Assembly (NCBI GenBank): GCA_964270895.1
Contig: OZ185439.1
Source: Podarcis filfolensis
Lineage: Eukaryota
DNA: 64,000 bases
Reading direction: 5' to 3' (one strand)
A program made the translations under genes and the position numbers. Shown in pieces: positions 1 to 12,454 of this stretch. The notes under the pieces are model-generated. The model saw only the letters and a list, made by a program, of their open reading frames with translations. It did no database searches and was not told where the DNA came from. Position 1 is the first letter of the stretch. Each line of letters opens with the position of its first letter.

Positions 1-79
1 AGTACCAATTGCCGGAAACCATAGGAAGGAAGAGTGTTCTTGTGTTCGAATCCTGCTTGCAGGTTTATCACAGGTATCT

Positions 80-142
80 GGTTCTGTGATAACAGGTTGC
101 TGGACTAGATGGACCTTATCCAGAAGACTTCTTATGTTCTTA
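80..142 (+). mobile_element. CR1-type 3' tail fragment (LINE or CR1-tailed SINE)
   Basis: ctggactagatggacc...cttcttatgttctta, typical reptile CR1 3' end. Confidence 0.6.
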
Positions 143-480
143 CGTCCTGCACTGGCTACCTATTCTGAGCCCAGTTCAAGGCTGATGTTGACATACAAAG
201 CCAAACACAGCTTGTGGCCTGATTATCTGAAGGAGCACATCTCCCCCTTGCATGTTGAGATCAGCAGTGGAGACGTTTCTGTCATCCATCACTGGGTGAG
301 GTGCATAGTGTGGTGACATGGAATAGGATCTTCTTGGTGGTAGTGTCCTGTCTCGGCAGTAGTCTTCCCTATGAGGTACATCTGACACCATCATTGTTCC
401 TCTTTTCGTTCCAATTGCAATACATACCATTTTTTCTGGGCTAATATTGGTTGTCCAGTTACTGTACAAATTTTATTTTA
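143..480 (+). mobile_element. L2 LINE 3' ORF2 fragment, decayed
   Basis: Frames give LHWLP and LMLTYKAKHSLWPDYLKEHISP, resembling L2 ORF2 C-terminal HWLP...FKVL.LTYKAL..LGP.YL; right boundary approximate. Confidence 0.7.
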
Positions 481-1832
481 TGTTACTGTTTCTTGCTTGT
501 TACATATTAGTGTGGTGTTACTGTTGTTTGGGTGGTGTATATTGCATGTTACAGTTTATACTGTATTGCTGTTTTAAGTGTAACCCAAGTGTTCTCCATG
601 CCAGAAGCTAGTAGAAGTAGGATCATTTTAAAATTAGAGTTCAGATTTTCAGGGTAGAGATTTTCAGATTCTCCACTAAAACTGAGCAGTCTGTGAATCA
701 GACCTGCAGATAAACAGCCACAGGCAAATTGCACTTCTACAGACAGTTGTGTGGTGGAGCATTCCATGCGCTTGAGCCAGTGATCTCTGTCTGTGGAATT
801 TCTTAAAGCTGAGCCAATGATCAAAGCATATTATAGCTGCTCATGTGAGAAGTGTCCAGTAAACCACCATCACAAAGACTCAGGGCAGCTGTCTTAGTCC
901 TTAGCAGTGATTGCCTTGGATGGTGACATTCACCATGGAGGCTTAGTTACCTTGGAAACATGTTTTAACTGCATCTCTGCTCTGAAGAACCCATTTGAAG
1001 CTACTCTTCTGCCCTGATGCCTCTAAGTACAATATGGGCAGCAGACTCTTTCAAAGCTGGAGGCAGTGTGGCATATAGGGCATGCCCACAGTCCCCAAAG
1101 CACAATTCATTACACTAGCAAATGAAGCTATAAACACAAGACTAGGTATTAACACAGAGAAGCATGTTAATAGCATGAGGACAGTGGGTGTGTGCATGTC
1201 ACTGCAGCGGTGAGCTCATTAGTGCTCTAAATCTGAGGGCAAAATGTTATCTTCTAAATACAAGGATGAAATGTGTAGGTTTTTTAAAAAAGGAATTTGC
1301 AAAGAAGTTGTCTTTGGTTGTCATGGTTATATCTGTGATCACTAGACCGAGATGGAAATTGCTTCTCTGCCGTATTTGCTTGATTATGTTTTGGCCTAAG
1401 ATGAGTTTCTAAACATTTTATCTGTCTTTCTGTGATTAACCTGATGTACACAGACACCTGTAAAATAATACTAGTGTTATTGGATCATGTGGCCCTCACT
1501 ATCCTTCAGCTGTTTTCAATCATATCCAAAAGATGAGAGAGCCCCCCCTACCCTCAGTGCCATGATTGGTTCTTACTCCTCTCTTGTTCTATCATCTTCC
1601 CTGCAGTTATTGACTTGTGGCTGAAATCTGTTCCAAATGGATGAATATACTTTCACATGGGGCAGACTCCTCCCCCCCACCTTATCCTGCTTGTGTTTTT
1701 ATCCTACTAGTCATATTAACCTGGCCCACCCAATGCCCTCTTGACTAACTCATTAAACCTTCCACAACGTGCCTGATTTTTAACATTGTCTCATGACAGA
1801 GGATAATTTCTGAGCATTTCAAGTCTCCAGAT

Positions 1833-2152
1833 CATGGATAGGTAAACTACGGCCCAGGAGCCGGATCCAGCCCAATCGCCTTCTAAATCCGGCCCGTGAA
1901 CAGTCTGGGAATCAGTGTGTTTTTACATGAGCAGAATGTGTCCTTTTATTTAAAATGCATCTCTGTGTTACTTGTGGGGCCTGCCTGGTGTTTTTACATG
2001 AGTAGAATGTGTGCTTTTATTTAGAGTACATCTCTGGGTTATTTTTGGGGCATAGGAATTCGTTCACTCCCCCCCCTCCCATATAGTCCGGCCCCCCACA
2101 AAGTCTGAGGGACAGTGGACCGGCCCCCTGCTGAAAAAAAATGCCGACCCTG
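1833..2152 (+). mobile_element. hAT (Charlie-like) MITE with exact 8-bp TSD
   Basis: CTCCAGAT at 1825-1832 and 2153-2160; imperfect TIRs catggataggtaaact / aaatgccgaccctg; internal ~70-bp direct duplication (gtgtttttacatgag...ggggc x2). Confidence 0.88.
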
Positions 2153-3282
2153 CTCCAGATAAATGATCAGTTGGCAGTTGGATAATCTTTTGTTCTGGAT
2201 CCTGCCAGATTGCCTTTGTCTTAAATGGGCTTCCTGTTCTGGGAGTTCTCAGCTAGCGGATTATAGAGCATGTTGCTTTCTTGCACAGTGGTGGTTCTAT
2301 AAGTAGGAATGCTCTTCATGATAATGTTCCAGCTGTACCTGTAAAATTGGGCTCACAGACTGACATTAAGCCGATCCAGCTAGAAAGTGATGAAGAGCCT
2401 TTGACATAAAACTTCTTTGTATGGTTTCCTTACTGGGAAATTTGAGGCTAAGAATTTGATCACAGAACTGCTATATCTACACCTAGCTCCAGAGCAGAAA
2501 ATTGCTGTCAGTTCACATAATCAGAAGGGGATTCTTTCACTTGCCAAATAAGCTCCAAGTAAAACAGAAGTGCCTGTGTTTGAAAATTGCTTTCTATTGT
2601 TACCAGTGATTGTAATAACACTGTCAAGTATATAAATATCTTACCAGTATTCAGAATGCAGCAATTCCTCATAAACCATTCATGAGCCAAACATTTTTCA
2701 TTTACTAATCTGTCCATTCTCCTTGGGTGACTGTTGATATAAAAGAGGGATGGAGAATCCAGTGGCTAACATTTTCTTCTCTCCAGGCAATACTCCCAAG
2801 AGGAATCAAAAGCGACATGTGCCGGCGGGCCCTAAGAAACCTGGCACTCTGTGTAGTATCTACTTGGGTGTCATGCATGCCATTGTAAAACTAGTCAAGC
2901 TATTGCAGAGTTGCACTATACCTGCTTCTGCCTTGTGCATCATCAGCACAAATGACAGCTGAGATTGGTTCTCCGTGTCCTGTGCTGTCAGTGTTTGAAA
3001 CTGAAAGCAGGCAGCTGATTTCCCAGACCCTTGGTGCTACTTAAGGTGCTGACAAGTAGGGGGAGGAAACCCTCTGTGTCAGTTGATTTGAATGGCAACT
3101 GACTCAACATGGTATTGAACAGGAAGGATAAATCTGGGACAACAATACATCAGTTTCTGTGCCTGCTTATCTGTGACGGACAGGATTCTAATTAATCAAA
3201 CACTTTCTTTGAAGACTTTGAGCAAGTATCTGCTTATGATAATGTAGTTGCATTTAAAAAACTCTTTTCGTTCTTTTCTCAG

Positions 3283-3365
3283 CTCTGATTAATCTTTTGA
3301 AGTTTCTCTTGTCCAACGAGACTGTTTTGCTGGCAAAACACAACATCTTTACATTGGCTCTCATG
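3283..3365 (+). CDS. ARMH3: ARMH3 (C10orf76) internal coding exon, (A)[27 protein letters not shown]
   Basis: Acceptor ttcttttctcAG at 3271-3282, donor GTGAGT at 3366; 83 nt = 2 + 27 codons; peptide recognised as ARMH3 C-terminal region; phase 0 join to next exon. Confidence 0.95.
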
Positions 3366-3705
3366 GTGAGTTTCTTTCTGGGGGACAGTGAGAGTTAATA
3401 GCACTGAATTTAAAACATAGGAATTAGTGTGGAGCATGCCCACTCAAACACACACACACACAAACCAGATAGTGATCTTATTGGAGCCGTTTTTAGAAGT
3501 TCTGTTCTCTATCATGGCATCTCTCTTTTTCTGTGTATCTGGGTTGGGAGCACTTATTTTTGGCTCAAGCTGGAATTGGATTCAATGACTTTTCCTGCTT
3601 CTGGATATCTGTTTGGAATGTCAAAGCATTTGGGCAAGGTGTTCAGTGGAAATGTGAAAGAGGGAGGAAAGCCCCTTCATGTGTATGTTATTGACTGTTG
3701 TGCTG

Positions 3706-4149
3706 TGTGACAAATGGATCTGTCACTGCTTTAGGTAACAAGTGGAGTCTGCTCAAACAAACAAATGAAACAGTTGCACCGTATCCCCATCCCCTAACAA
3801 GACTGAACATGCTCAGGAATTCAGCCAGCCTGGAACAGGAACCTTGTAGTGGCTTACATGGGAGAGTGGGAGTTCCCCAGCAGGGCTGTATAATGTGAGA
3901 GGGCTCAGGTTTGGGCTCGGTTGCTGGATAGGGATGTTCTCGAGAGTGGTGAAAGGAAAATGCCTCCCCCATCACGCCCCACTGCTTTTCTTCCCCTAGC
4001 CTAGAAACAGCCCTGTATAGAGCAAGAAAAGGAGGTGTTTTTTTAAACCCTCTCAGGATACTTGCTTCTGCCCCTAAGCTCTGTCCTCTCACTATTAGGC
4101 TTTGGCAGACTCTCTTCTTCAGTCCTCCAGTTTCCTTCCCTCCCTCACG
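3706..4149 (+). mobile_element. Possible degraded solo LTR
   Basis: Starts tgtga, ends tcacg, ~440 bp, TTTTAAA box followed by short U5-like end; no TSD found. Confidence 0.3.
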
Positions 4150-4255
4150 GGAATGATGCCTGCTTTCAGTGTTTTGGGTGGCTTATAACCAGTTTTTATT
4201 TTTATCCCTAAATTTATCAGGGAAAGAAAAAAGTGGTTTATAATCAATTGAGGTG

Positions 4256-4311
4256 AAACACTTGTTATCTACAAAACAGTTGTTATCTACAAACACTTGT
4301 TATCTACAAAA
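4256..4311. repeat. Three-copy ~18-bp tandem repeat (ttgttatctacaaa core)
   Basis: Core at 4262-4275, 4280-4293, 4297-4310. Confidence 0.9.
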
Positions 4312-4409
4312 ATTAAGTAATGACTTCTTTATTTTAAATGCTTAGATAACTGCATATATTATATGGTACATTTTTCCTGTAGTAATTCCTATAGCTTTTG
4401 TTTTTGAAG

Positions 4410-4536
4410 GTGGTAAACCTGTTTAACATGTTCATCACTTATGGAGATACCTTCCTTCCGACTCCTAGCAGCTATGATGAGCTATACTATGAAATCATCA
4501 GAATGCACCAGAGTTTTGATAACCTGTATTCTATGG
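4410..4536 (+). CDS. ARMH3: ARMH3 internal coding exon, [42 protein letters not shown]
   Basis: Acceptor ttttgtttttgaAG, donor GTGAGT at 4537; 127 nt = 42 codons + 1; [22 protein letters not shown] is characteristic of the ARMH3/DUF1741 family. Confidence 0.97.
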
Positions 4537-5941
4537 GTGAGTAGTGTTGGATGACTTGGTTTGCTGTTGACAAAATACACAGATATGACAGATAAACTGT
4601 GTGGGTGTGAGAGAGAGCAATTGTGTACGATGCCTGATCAGCATGTGTGCTCACTGTGTGGCTGTCAGTTACCACATGGATGTGAAATAATCCTGTTCAA
4701 AAAGGATAAAGGTTCCTTGTTCTTGGCAAAGGACATTTTGAAAGCGACTCTTCAGGAGCAGACATGCAGAAACGATGCTGTTTGGGTATAGAATTGCCAT
4801 CTGGTTCACCTGTGTATACATGAAAGTGTGTTTGTTTGCTATTGCCAGGCATATAATATTTAAATGGTAGCAAGGCGCACGGTGCCCTCATTTAGAGTGA
4901 GCCAGCCTGCCGTGCGCAGAGAGTTCCCAGCTGGGAAAATATGCCTTAGTCTCAGGTCAGAGAGCAAGCGCACCCCCCAGAGCCAATCAGCAGCAGGAGT
5001 TGGTGTTGTAAACAAGAGGTGAAAAAAGCATTTGATGGATGCACAACAAGGAACCCACTGTACAGAACAGGGAGCACGTAGGCCTGCTAGCATCCACAGA
5101 ACCAGGTCAATGCCTCAGAAGCAGTTGGAAAACAACCCCCCCCCCACAATACCCTTTTTAAAATAGTGCAGCAAACAGTCTAGATCTGTAAATGATGTTT
5201 TTGGGTGGGGGAGTGAAGGTGCAGAGAGATGCAGTGAAATGCTGTAGAGCAAATACTTAGTAGGGAGGCAGAATGAAGGGGAGGAAGGAATGCTGGCAGG
5301 GAAACATAACCAAGGAATTATATGAATGCACTTAACTCTGAGTAACACTTTAGAAGGGCTGCATATAAAGGGCCAGCCCTCCCTGCCTCCTGTTGCTTTC
5401 CTCTCTGGCAAGCATATAATAAGGGTTAAATGGTCATTCATAAAAGGGACGTAGTTGATCCACTCACACAGCATGATAATGTTAGAACAGTTACATAAAA
5501 CTCTTAGAATAGCCTCTTCCAATAAATATCGATAATAACTTTAAAACAAAAAATTGAATGTACATGCGTATTCAAAGTGAGAACAAATAAAAGGAAAAAT
5601 GTGTTTTCCCATATTGTTTCTGCTGTATGCTGAACAGTGGAGGCAATAAGCTTCTTAATAGTTTTGTTTATATGTTGAGCAGTGTAGAAGCAGCCCAGTG
5701 AAGTTCCAGGAAGGTTCCTTAGGTTGGGATGTGTTTTCGAAGTCTTATCCTCCTTCTTATACCACATGCACCTTCTTTACTTGTGGTGGTGGTCACATTT
5801 GGATGATGCCTGTACTTCATCTAAGATTATTTATATTTTTCTAATAATTTGTTTAGTTATTTGATTGCCTTGGAAAATGTTGTACTGTTGTCAGAATAGG
5901 TGCCATAGAATGTAACCTTCCTTTAATCTTTTTTCTTTCAG

Positions 5942-6017
5942 TTTTGAGGCTATCTACCAACGCTGGCCAGTGGAAGGAGCCAGCCAGCAAGGTGACACAT
6001 GCATTGGTCAACATACG
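5942..6017 (+). CDS. ARMH3: ARMH3 internal coding exon, (V)[24 protein letters not shown](R)
   Basis: Acceptor ttttttctttcAG ending 5941, donor GTAAGA at 6018; 76 nt = 2 + 24 codons + 2; phases match both neighbouring exons. Confidence 0.96.
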
Positions 6018-7610
6018 GTAAGAAAAGGAAAGTTTTTGTTACTCATTTGTGCATTCTTGTTTTTATTCCCAGAACACTTCATTTTTTGTTGCAGTATAGC
6101 ATGCTGGTTGGTTTCTCAGCCAGGATATTGGGGTGGGGTGGGATATAAACCTGAAAGAGTCTTGTAGCACCTTGCTCCCCCCAAAGAAAGTGCTATGTTG
6201 CCTAGTTTGCTGAACATGTTCCCACTTCAGCAGTGATTGCTTTTGTAAACTTAGGGGGTACAACAACTTGTTTGTTCTTTAAAACGGGTTAAGGTATGAG
6301 TTTCAAAATACATTGTTTTCTAGGAGTAAGATGTAGACTTACTTTGGATAGTCAGAGGCAAGGTGTAAGTATTTGAATGCATCTTTTGCAATACTCTTTG
6401 CTGTTCCCAGAAGTTCCACTTTTTAAAGCTATGAGCAAGTGCCTATGAGCTCATCCTCATAATATCCCTGTGGAATGATACATGATTCTGCTGGTAGGGG
6501 GGGCTGATTGGCTAATGGGCTTTCCTCCATACTGAGGCTCTTACATCTCATGGGGCTTACAGGGGCTGCTGGAATCAATAGTGGCTGGCATGGTGGGTGA
6601 TGACCTTGGGAGCCTGTCCCCAAGGTAATATTTAAAATGAAAGATTGGAATAAAAACCAATACTTAAAAGCAGATTATGGCCTGAAGAGTATTCCTTTCT
6701 CAAGGGGCATGCAAACAACTAATTGCTAGAGCCTGCAATGCATCTTTCTTGAGAGGCTGTTTGAGAATTTGTGTCCCTTGCCTTTTCGTTCAGCAGCGGC
6801 TACTGCTGAAGACTGGAGACTAGCCAGGTTGGGAGAGAAGTTACTTTTAAATGTTTGGGGGTTGTGTAACTGGAAGTTTAAAACTGAACAGCCCATGATT
6901 CACTAAGAAGTACCAAATCTTCCCCCTTGAGTTCCCTAAGAGCTAGTCATTTGTGTCAGGGTAAGAAGGATTAGAAAGTCAGGCACAGAAGTCATGCTTC
7001 CCCTGTGACACAAAACTTACCTTTGTTGTGGTGTCTCCAGTTTCTTTGCTCAGGAAGACAGCATGTGGAAAACAAACTCCCTCCAGGCATTTTCCAAGTA
7101 ATTTTATGTGTCTGTAAACCACCATTAAAGATTCTCTCTGCAGGCCTGTGAGTTTCATGTCCTTATATATAGGTTCTGCAAGATTTACTCTGCTGCGCTC
7201 TTTATTTTTCATGAACAGAGTTAAATGAAGCTCTTGGGGACTGATAATGCTCTAAATGTACCAGCTGAACAGGCAGTCATAGGTAGGGGGTTGCTATCTA
7301 AAATGCCATAGAAGATTGAGCCTGCCCTTGGCATGGTCTGAATCTTTTGGGCGGGGGCGGGCGGGGACTGCTTAGAAAAGTCTCTAGAATTGAGAGTAGA
7401 AACAAAGTGAATTATGCTTGCAAATTGGAGGGATGTGACTGGAGAACAGTCTGGCTGTTATTTCCTCTGCAGGCTCCTTGACAATTATTTACTATAATTG
7501 ATCTTCTTGGAAAATAAGAAAACAGCCACTAGACTGTATTAGCAGTTTTGCAAAGAGAACGATCCTGCAAACCTTTTTGGTGTTAGACTGTTTGCCCAAC
7601 TAATACTTAA

Positions 7611-7697
7611 GGCTGCAGTCTTAAACCTGTTTATGTGGGAGTAAGCACCACTGAATTCAATAAGACTTACTTTTGAGTAGACAGTTAGGATTGCTCT
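7611..7697. mobile_element. Short palindromic squamate MITE-like element
   Basis: ggctgcagtc...gggagtaagc accactgaattcaataagacttac...ggattgctc with internal symmetry; related degenerate copy near 16790-16865. Confidence 0.55.
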
Positions 7698-8309
7698 GCA
7701 GATCCATTCCTTGCATTCCACATCTATAAACTTGCATGTAAAACTAAATTAACTTGAATGAGAAATAGTTTCTTACTGATGAATTTCTTACCTGGCAGGC
7801 ATTGATTCATTATATGTAGTTTTGAGAGGTTAGTTTGCTAAACTATGATAAGTGGCATACTCTTCCCTATTAACTTGTGGGTTTTAGTTTTGACCCACAA
7901 CTGTTTTGATGGAGGCAGCCTGAAATTGCATTTTAAAGTACTTAATTTTTTACTGTTGGAGCATTATGCAGATATGTCGTAGTTGGCTTGTTTAGGGCTT
8001 TCTTAAATTTGTCTCTTCATTTGGAGGTAGTGATGGTAGTTCTGTTCTTCCCTCATTTTCACTCTGGAGATAGATGTTAAAGCAACATGATATTGCATGG
8101 GAGGTGTTGGCTTTACAAATCTTTCCTTGTTCATAATTTTCACCTGCCTCTCTCTGCCTGGACGTGCAGATGCTGAGAGTTGTCCAGGGACTAGGACCCT
8201 GGGCAGGCAGACAGCATTGATAGCACTTGTTGCCCCAGGTGTGAAGCAACTGCAGGGACAGCTATATAAAGCTTGCCTGCCTTGTGGGTGGGGCTGCCAT
8301 AAAGGGGCA

Positions 8310-8640
8310 GCACCAAAGGGAATTGTCCCTTTCGGGGTGGCACTTTGGGGGTTTGGAACGAGGGCATGGGCCAGCCTACTTGTGGTAAGATCAATGTTTT
8401 TAAGGGGGATGGGGATGTTTTAAATTGTTTAATTGTTAAGGATATTTTTAATAGTTTGTATACATTAATATTGTTAATGTTTAAATTAATTTTATTGGGA
8501 TTTTTTGTTTTTTATATTGTAATCTTACGTTTGTGTAATGTAAAGTAGCCTGTGTGTAATTGTGTAATTGTGTGTAACTGTGTAATTCCCTGATACCTAT
8601 GGGTATAGGGCAGTATACAAATTTAATTAATAATAATAAT
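8310..8640 (+). mobile_element. L2-like LINE 3' end with (TAA)n tail
   Basis: ggtggcac...tttggaac segment, AT-rich UTR, gggtatagggcagtatacaaatttaattaaataataataat terminus. Confidence 0.55.
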
Positions 8641-11600
8641 TTTTTTGATCCATTTGCTGAAACAGTTGTGGCTTTATAGTTGAGACTTGCAGATGATGTG
8701 CAATCTTATGAGATCAGTGTGTAGCATAACATGATTTGAAGACAGTTTTCATTTAGACTTAACAAAGGTTGATCATCCTGTTGTATTCATTGGTGCTGAG
8801 ATACCATCAGTATGCAACGGATATGCATATTTTACCCCCAACCTCTTTGCTTCTGTGGTGCAAAGAGGGTAGAGCTTTTCTTTGACTTACTGTGACTTTT
8901 CCTGATCTGTTCACAGGAGGGTAAAGTTCTGCTCTTGTTTCAGAGTGCTTTAGACTATAGAGTCCAGGTTGGTTGCATAGGCCAATATATAGCTTCTTTT
9001 TATTTGCTCAGCTTATTTTGGATGGCTGATTCATTTTCCGTCATTTTTATGCTTCTTTTAAAAATAGAAATAGAATGCAATTTTCCTCTGTTTTACAAAT
9101 GGATTTTGTGCTAGTGGGAGCCATTTGGCCATAGGATACGGTTAGTTTTTTGTAGTACATCATTTGAGGAATTCTTCAGTTTAAAAAAGGAAAGAAAATT
9201 AATTTCAGAATGTTTTTCTAGTGTAATGCAGGGGATCATTTTATTCTAAATCACTTAAGGGCAAGAGAAGTCATATTAGTGATACCCAAGCTCTGTTGGA
9301 GATCTTTTAGTAATCTGGTCCTTGTTGATTGCTCAGCATTTTTCCACTTTTTCTCATATGATACCTTTTGTGCTTGCATGTTTTATTTTTTTGTTCAAGG
9401 TCTTACATTTTGAGTACTATTTTACACCAGATGTTTGTTTTCAAATGATTTTGAGGCAAAATGCCCTTCTCCTTACCTTCCACTTTGTTTGTGCCATTGG
9501 TTTAGTTTAGCTGATTCCAGTATTAAGTAGCCTGTAGTGCATTTTTGTTTGAACTTTTGATTTTCCAAATCTCACTAGCAAAGTAAATGGCTCAGTAAAA
9601 GAAGAAATATCTTTAACACACCACCACCTGTGCACCCCTAACACTGAGATTTCACTAGACATTGTCCATAGACTTTCAATACTATCCTTATAGTCACAGA
9701 GGCTAGAAGCTTGCTTTTAAAAAAGATTTAAAAATCTATCATTTTCAGGAAGTTGAATCCTCTTCCCAGAACTCATGTCTCCTTCTGCATAGCATGATTG
9801 TGGAATATATTTCCCTCTGTCAAAATGGCAAACCTGGCAATGTCCAGTCACCCTTGATTGTTGCAGAATTTACCATATTTTCAAGTTGCATGTATCATGT
9901 GGTAGTTTCCCATGTAAAGCGACTGGCTGCATTGGTTGAGGTGCTCAGCTGTAAGGTCGATAGCTGGAAAGCTGACCTTCACTTCCGTAAGGAAATAAGC
10001 AGCTTTCCAGGCGATCAATTTTTCCAGGCTAATGAGCCCCTTTACATTAACATCTTGCAGGTTTGCATTTAATGAGACTTTTATTAATGCAGGGTTTGAA
10101 GGGACATCCTCTGATTGCTTACTAAGTGATGGAGGTGGCGCCTGAATCATTGTATTCTTTTAATAGACTTTCTTCTGATCAGTAATTTTCTCAAGGTGAA
10201 TAAATAGATTAACCCCATGATTAATAGATTCAATTGCTCCATTATCCGTAATGCAGTGACATCATTTAAGGTCTTTTTTCCCCACTGAAACATTTTGAAA
10301 TTGGCTAGTGAAGTCTTTGCTATGCTACCTAGGCTAATAGATCTTTGATGTTTCATTTGGGTAATTGTGTTTCTTCTGGTGCTGTCCATTGTGGTGTCTC
10401 TGCCTCAGTGCTGCTGTTTGCTTTATTATCTCAGAATGCAGAGTTGCTCTGCTGTAGTTGCCCTTGTTAGTCCTCTTCTAATACACGAGGCCCTGCTGCG
10501 TTCAGCATTGTCACGAGAGTGATTAGTGAGGTGTGGCTGCTGTTAGAACATAATTTCTGCATGTGTATATAATGGATATGCTAGCTGTCGGGTTGTGTTG
10601 GCAGTAGTAGGCCTGTAATTTTTTGAAGTTTAAGTGATTTAATATTCAGGTGATTTCTCTTACAGAATTTGAGAGTTGATCATATTATAGTTGGGCTCAG
10701 GTGCTTGATGAATGCAAGTCAAACTTCTAGGTTGTTCACATGATGAAACACAGGGAGGCTGAAAGGGCTACCCTAGGATATCCATTATTATCCCAGCCTG
10801 TTCACTGTATATGTACCAGTTCAGAGACCTCATACTTGAAAGAAAGAAAAGGTCTTGCTGTTAAACATTTTCCAGATAGCACAAGAACTGTTCTCATTTG
10901 GGGTCCAAACCTAATCCAGTGCAGGATGTGAAACTATTGGTATTGTTAAGGGTTTCCTTTCTGCCAGAGTGTTTTTTCCCCACTTGTCCATTCAAATTAC
11001 TTTGGTGTCCTGGGAATATGGAGTGTATGTGTCTGCCTGTTTCTGTGGATAGCAGTGTCCTATACTGCCACATTGCATAAATGGGCACATTTAAAGCTAG
11101 ATTTTCCCTTTCACCTTCTTATACACCTTTTTCCTTAGGTGCCTTTTGGCTTCATCAACACTGATTGTTATGCCCCCATAATAAACTCCATCTAGTTGCA
11201 GTATAATGACTCCGTTTATATTGTTCACTGAGGTGCGTTTAACAGTAATGACCTTTGGCATACTGTCACCGCTAATCTAGCTTGGTTGATCTCAAATTGC
11301 AGGATAACAAAGAGCAGCCAAGTGGCTAAAAATGCAGTCCTAGTTGTTGTTGGGTTTATCGCTGAGATCTGGAATAGGTTCTAAAATGCAGTTGCAGGAA
11401 TAGGATAGCGATGTTTTTTTCCTCTCAGATGGAACGGTTTCACATAGATTCTCTCTCTCCCCCCCCCCCTTTTGGACGTTGTACAATGGGGTATGACATG
11501 GGAAGGAGAAGAAAGGAGGCAGGAGGGGAAAGTAGCAACAGGCTCTTGAGGGGAACGGAGAGGTAGCAATTTTGAGAGGCTGCTTGGAGTGCCTCATGAA

Positions 11601-12454
11601 ATGTGGCTAATGCATTTCATAGAGAGAGAAAATATAGTGCTTTCTCCCTCTGCATTTCTTTTAAGTGAAACATGGTATATGTGTATTGCCTTAGGCATAT
11701 TGCACAGTTGGTGTAAGAGGCATTTTGTGAGCTGCTTTTGATGCTGAATATATTTCATTGGTTAAAAATTCCTTTGTAATATCTTTCTGCAACCCCCTGT
11801 AACTTTCTTAGCTACGGAAGCAAATTAAAGTGAGTTTTTGGCATGGTGTGGGGGTGGGGGTGCAATGTGAGGCACAGAAAAGTTACATGTTTCTCTTTTG
11901 CACATATAAATGGCAAGACCAGAGATAGGGAGCCCTGACTTCCCAGCCCTTTTCTCCCCCCTGATAGCTTTTTTAATAGGTATCTTTCAAAGATTCATTC
12001 CTTCTGCATATCAACACTTCATGAAGTGGCAAAAATATCTGACCAAAAAATTGTTTGTTGTTATTCTACATCTTGTGTCTCCTTTTTTATTTTTAAGGAT
12101 GTCTGCTTCCACAAAGGTGTGTGGATACTGTGGGAATTGGTGTTAATATAATATATTGGGTTTCTGTTATGGCAGCTGTTCTGCCCTGTGCAGAGCTAAC
12201 TCTCCTAATTACATAGTTATGCAATCACAAGCAGGCTGTGAACATTTGAAGCTCCTCTTATATTGAGGTGATGTGACTACTCTGCCTGTGTCTGTCGACC
12301 CTGACAGTAGCTTTCCTCCCCAAGTTCAGATACAACTTTCTCCACTAGAGCACAAATTCTTACTACTGCTCTGAACAACATTTATGGACAAAAATGGTTT
12401 CAAACCAGTCCCAAACTCTGGTGTCAACTTTCAGCTAAGCAGGAAGCCTGGTTA

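Noticed and set aside
5970-6167. ORF overlapping the third ARMH3 exon
   Set aside because: Wrong frame and runs through the GTAAG donor.
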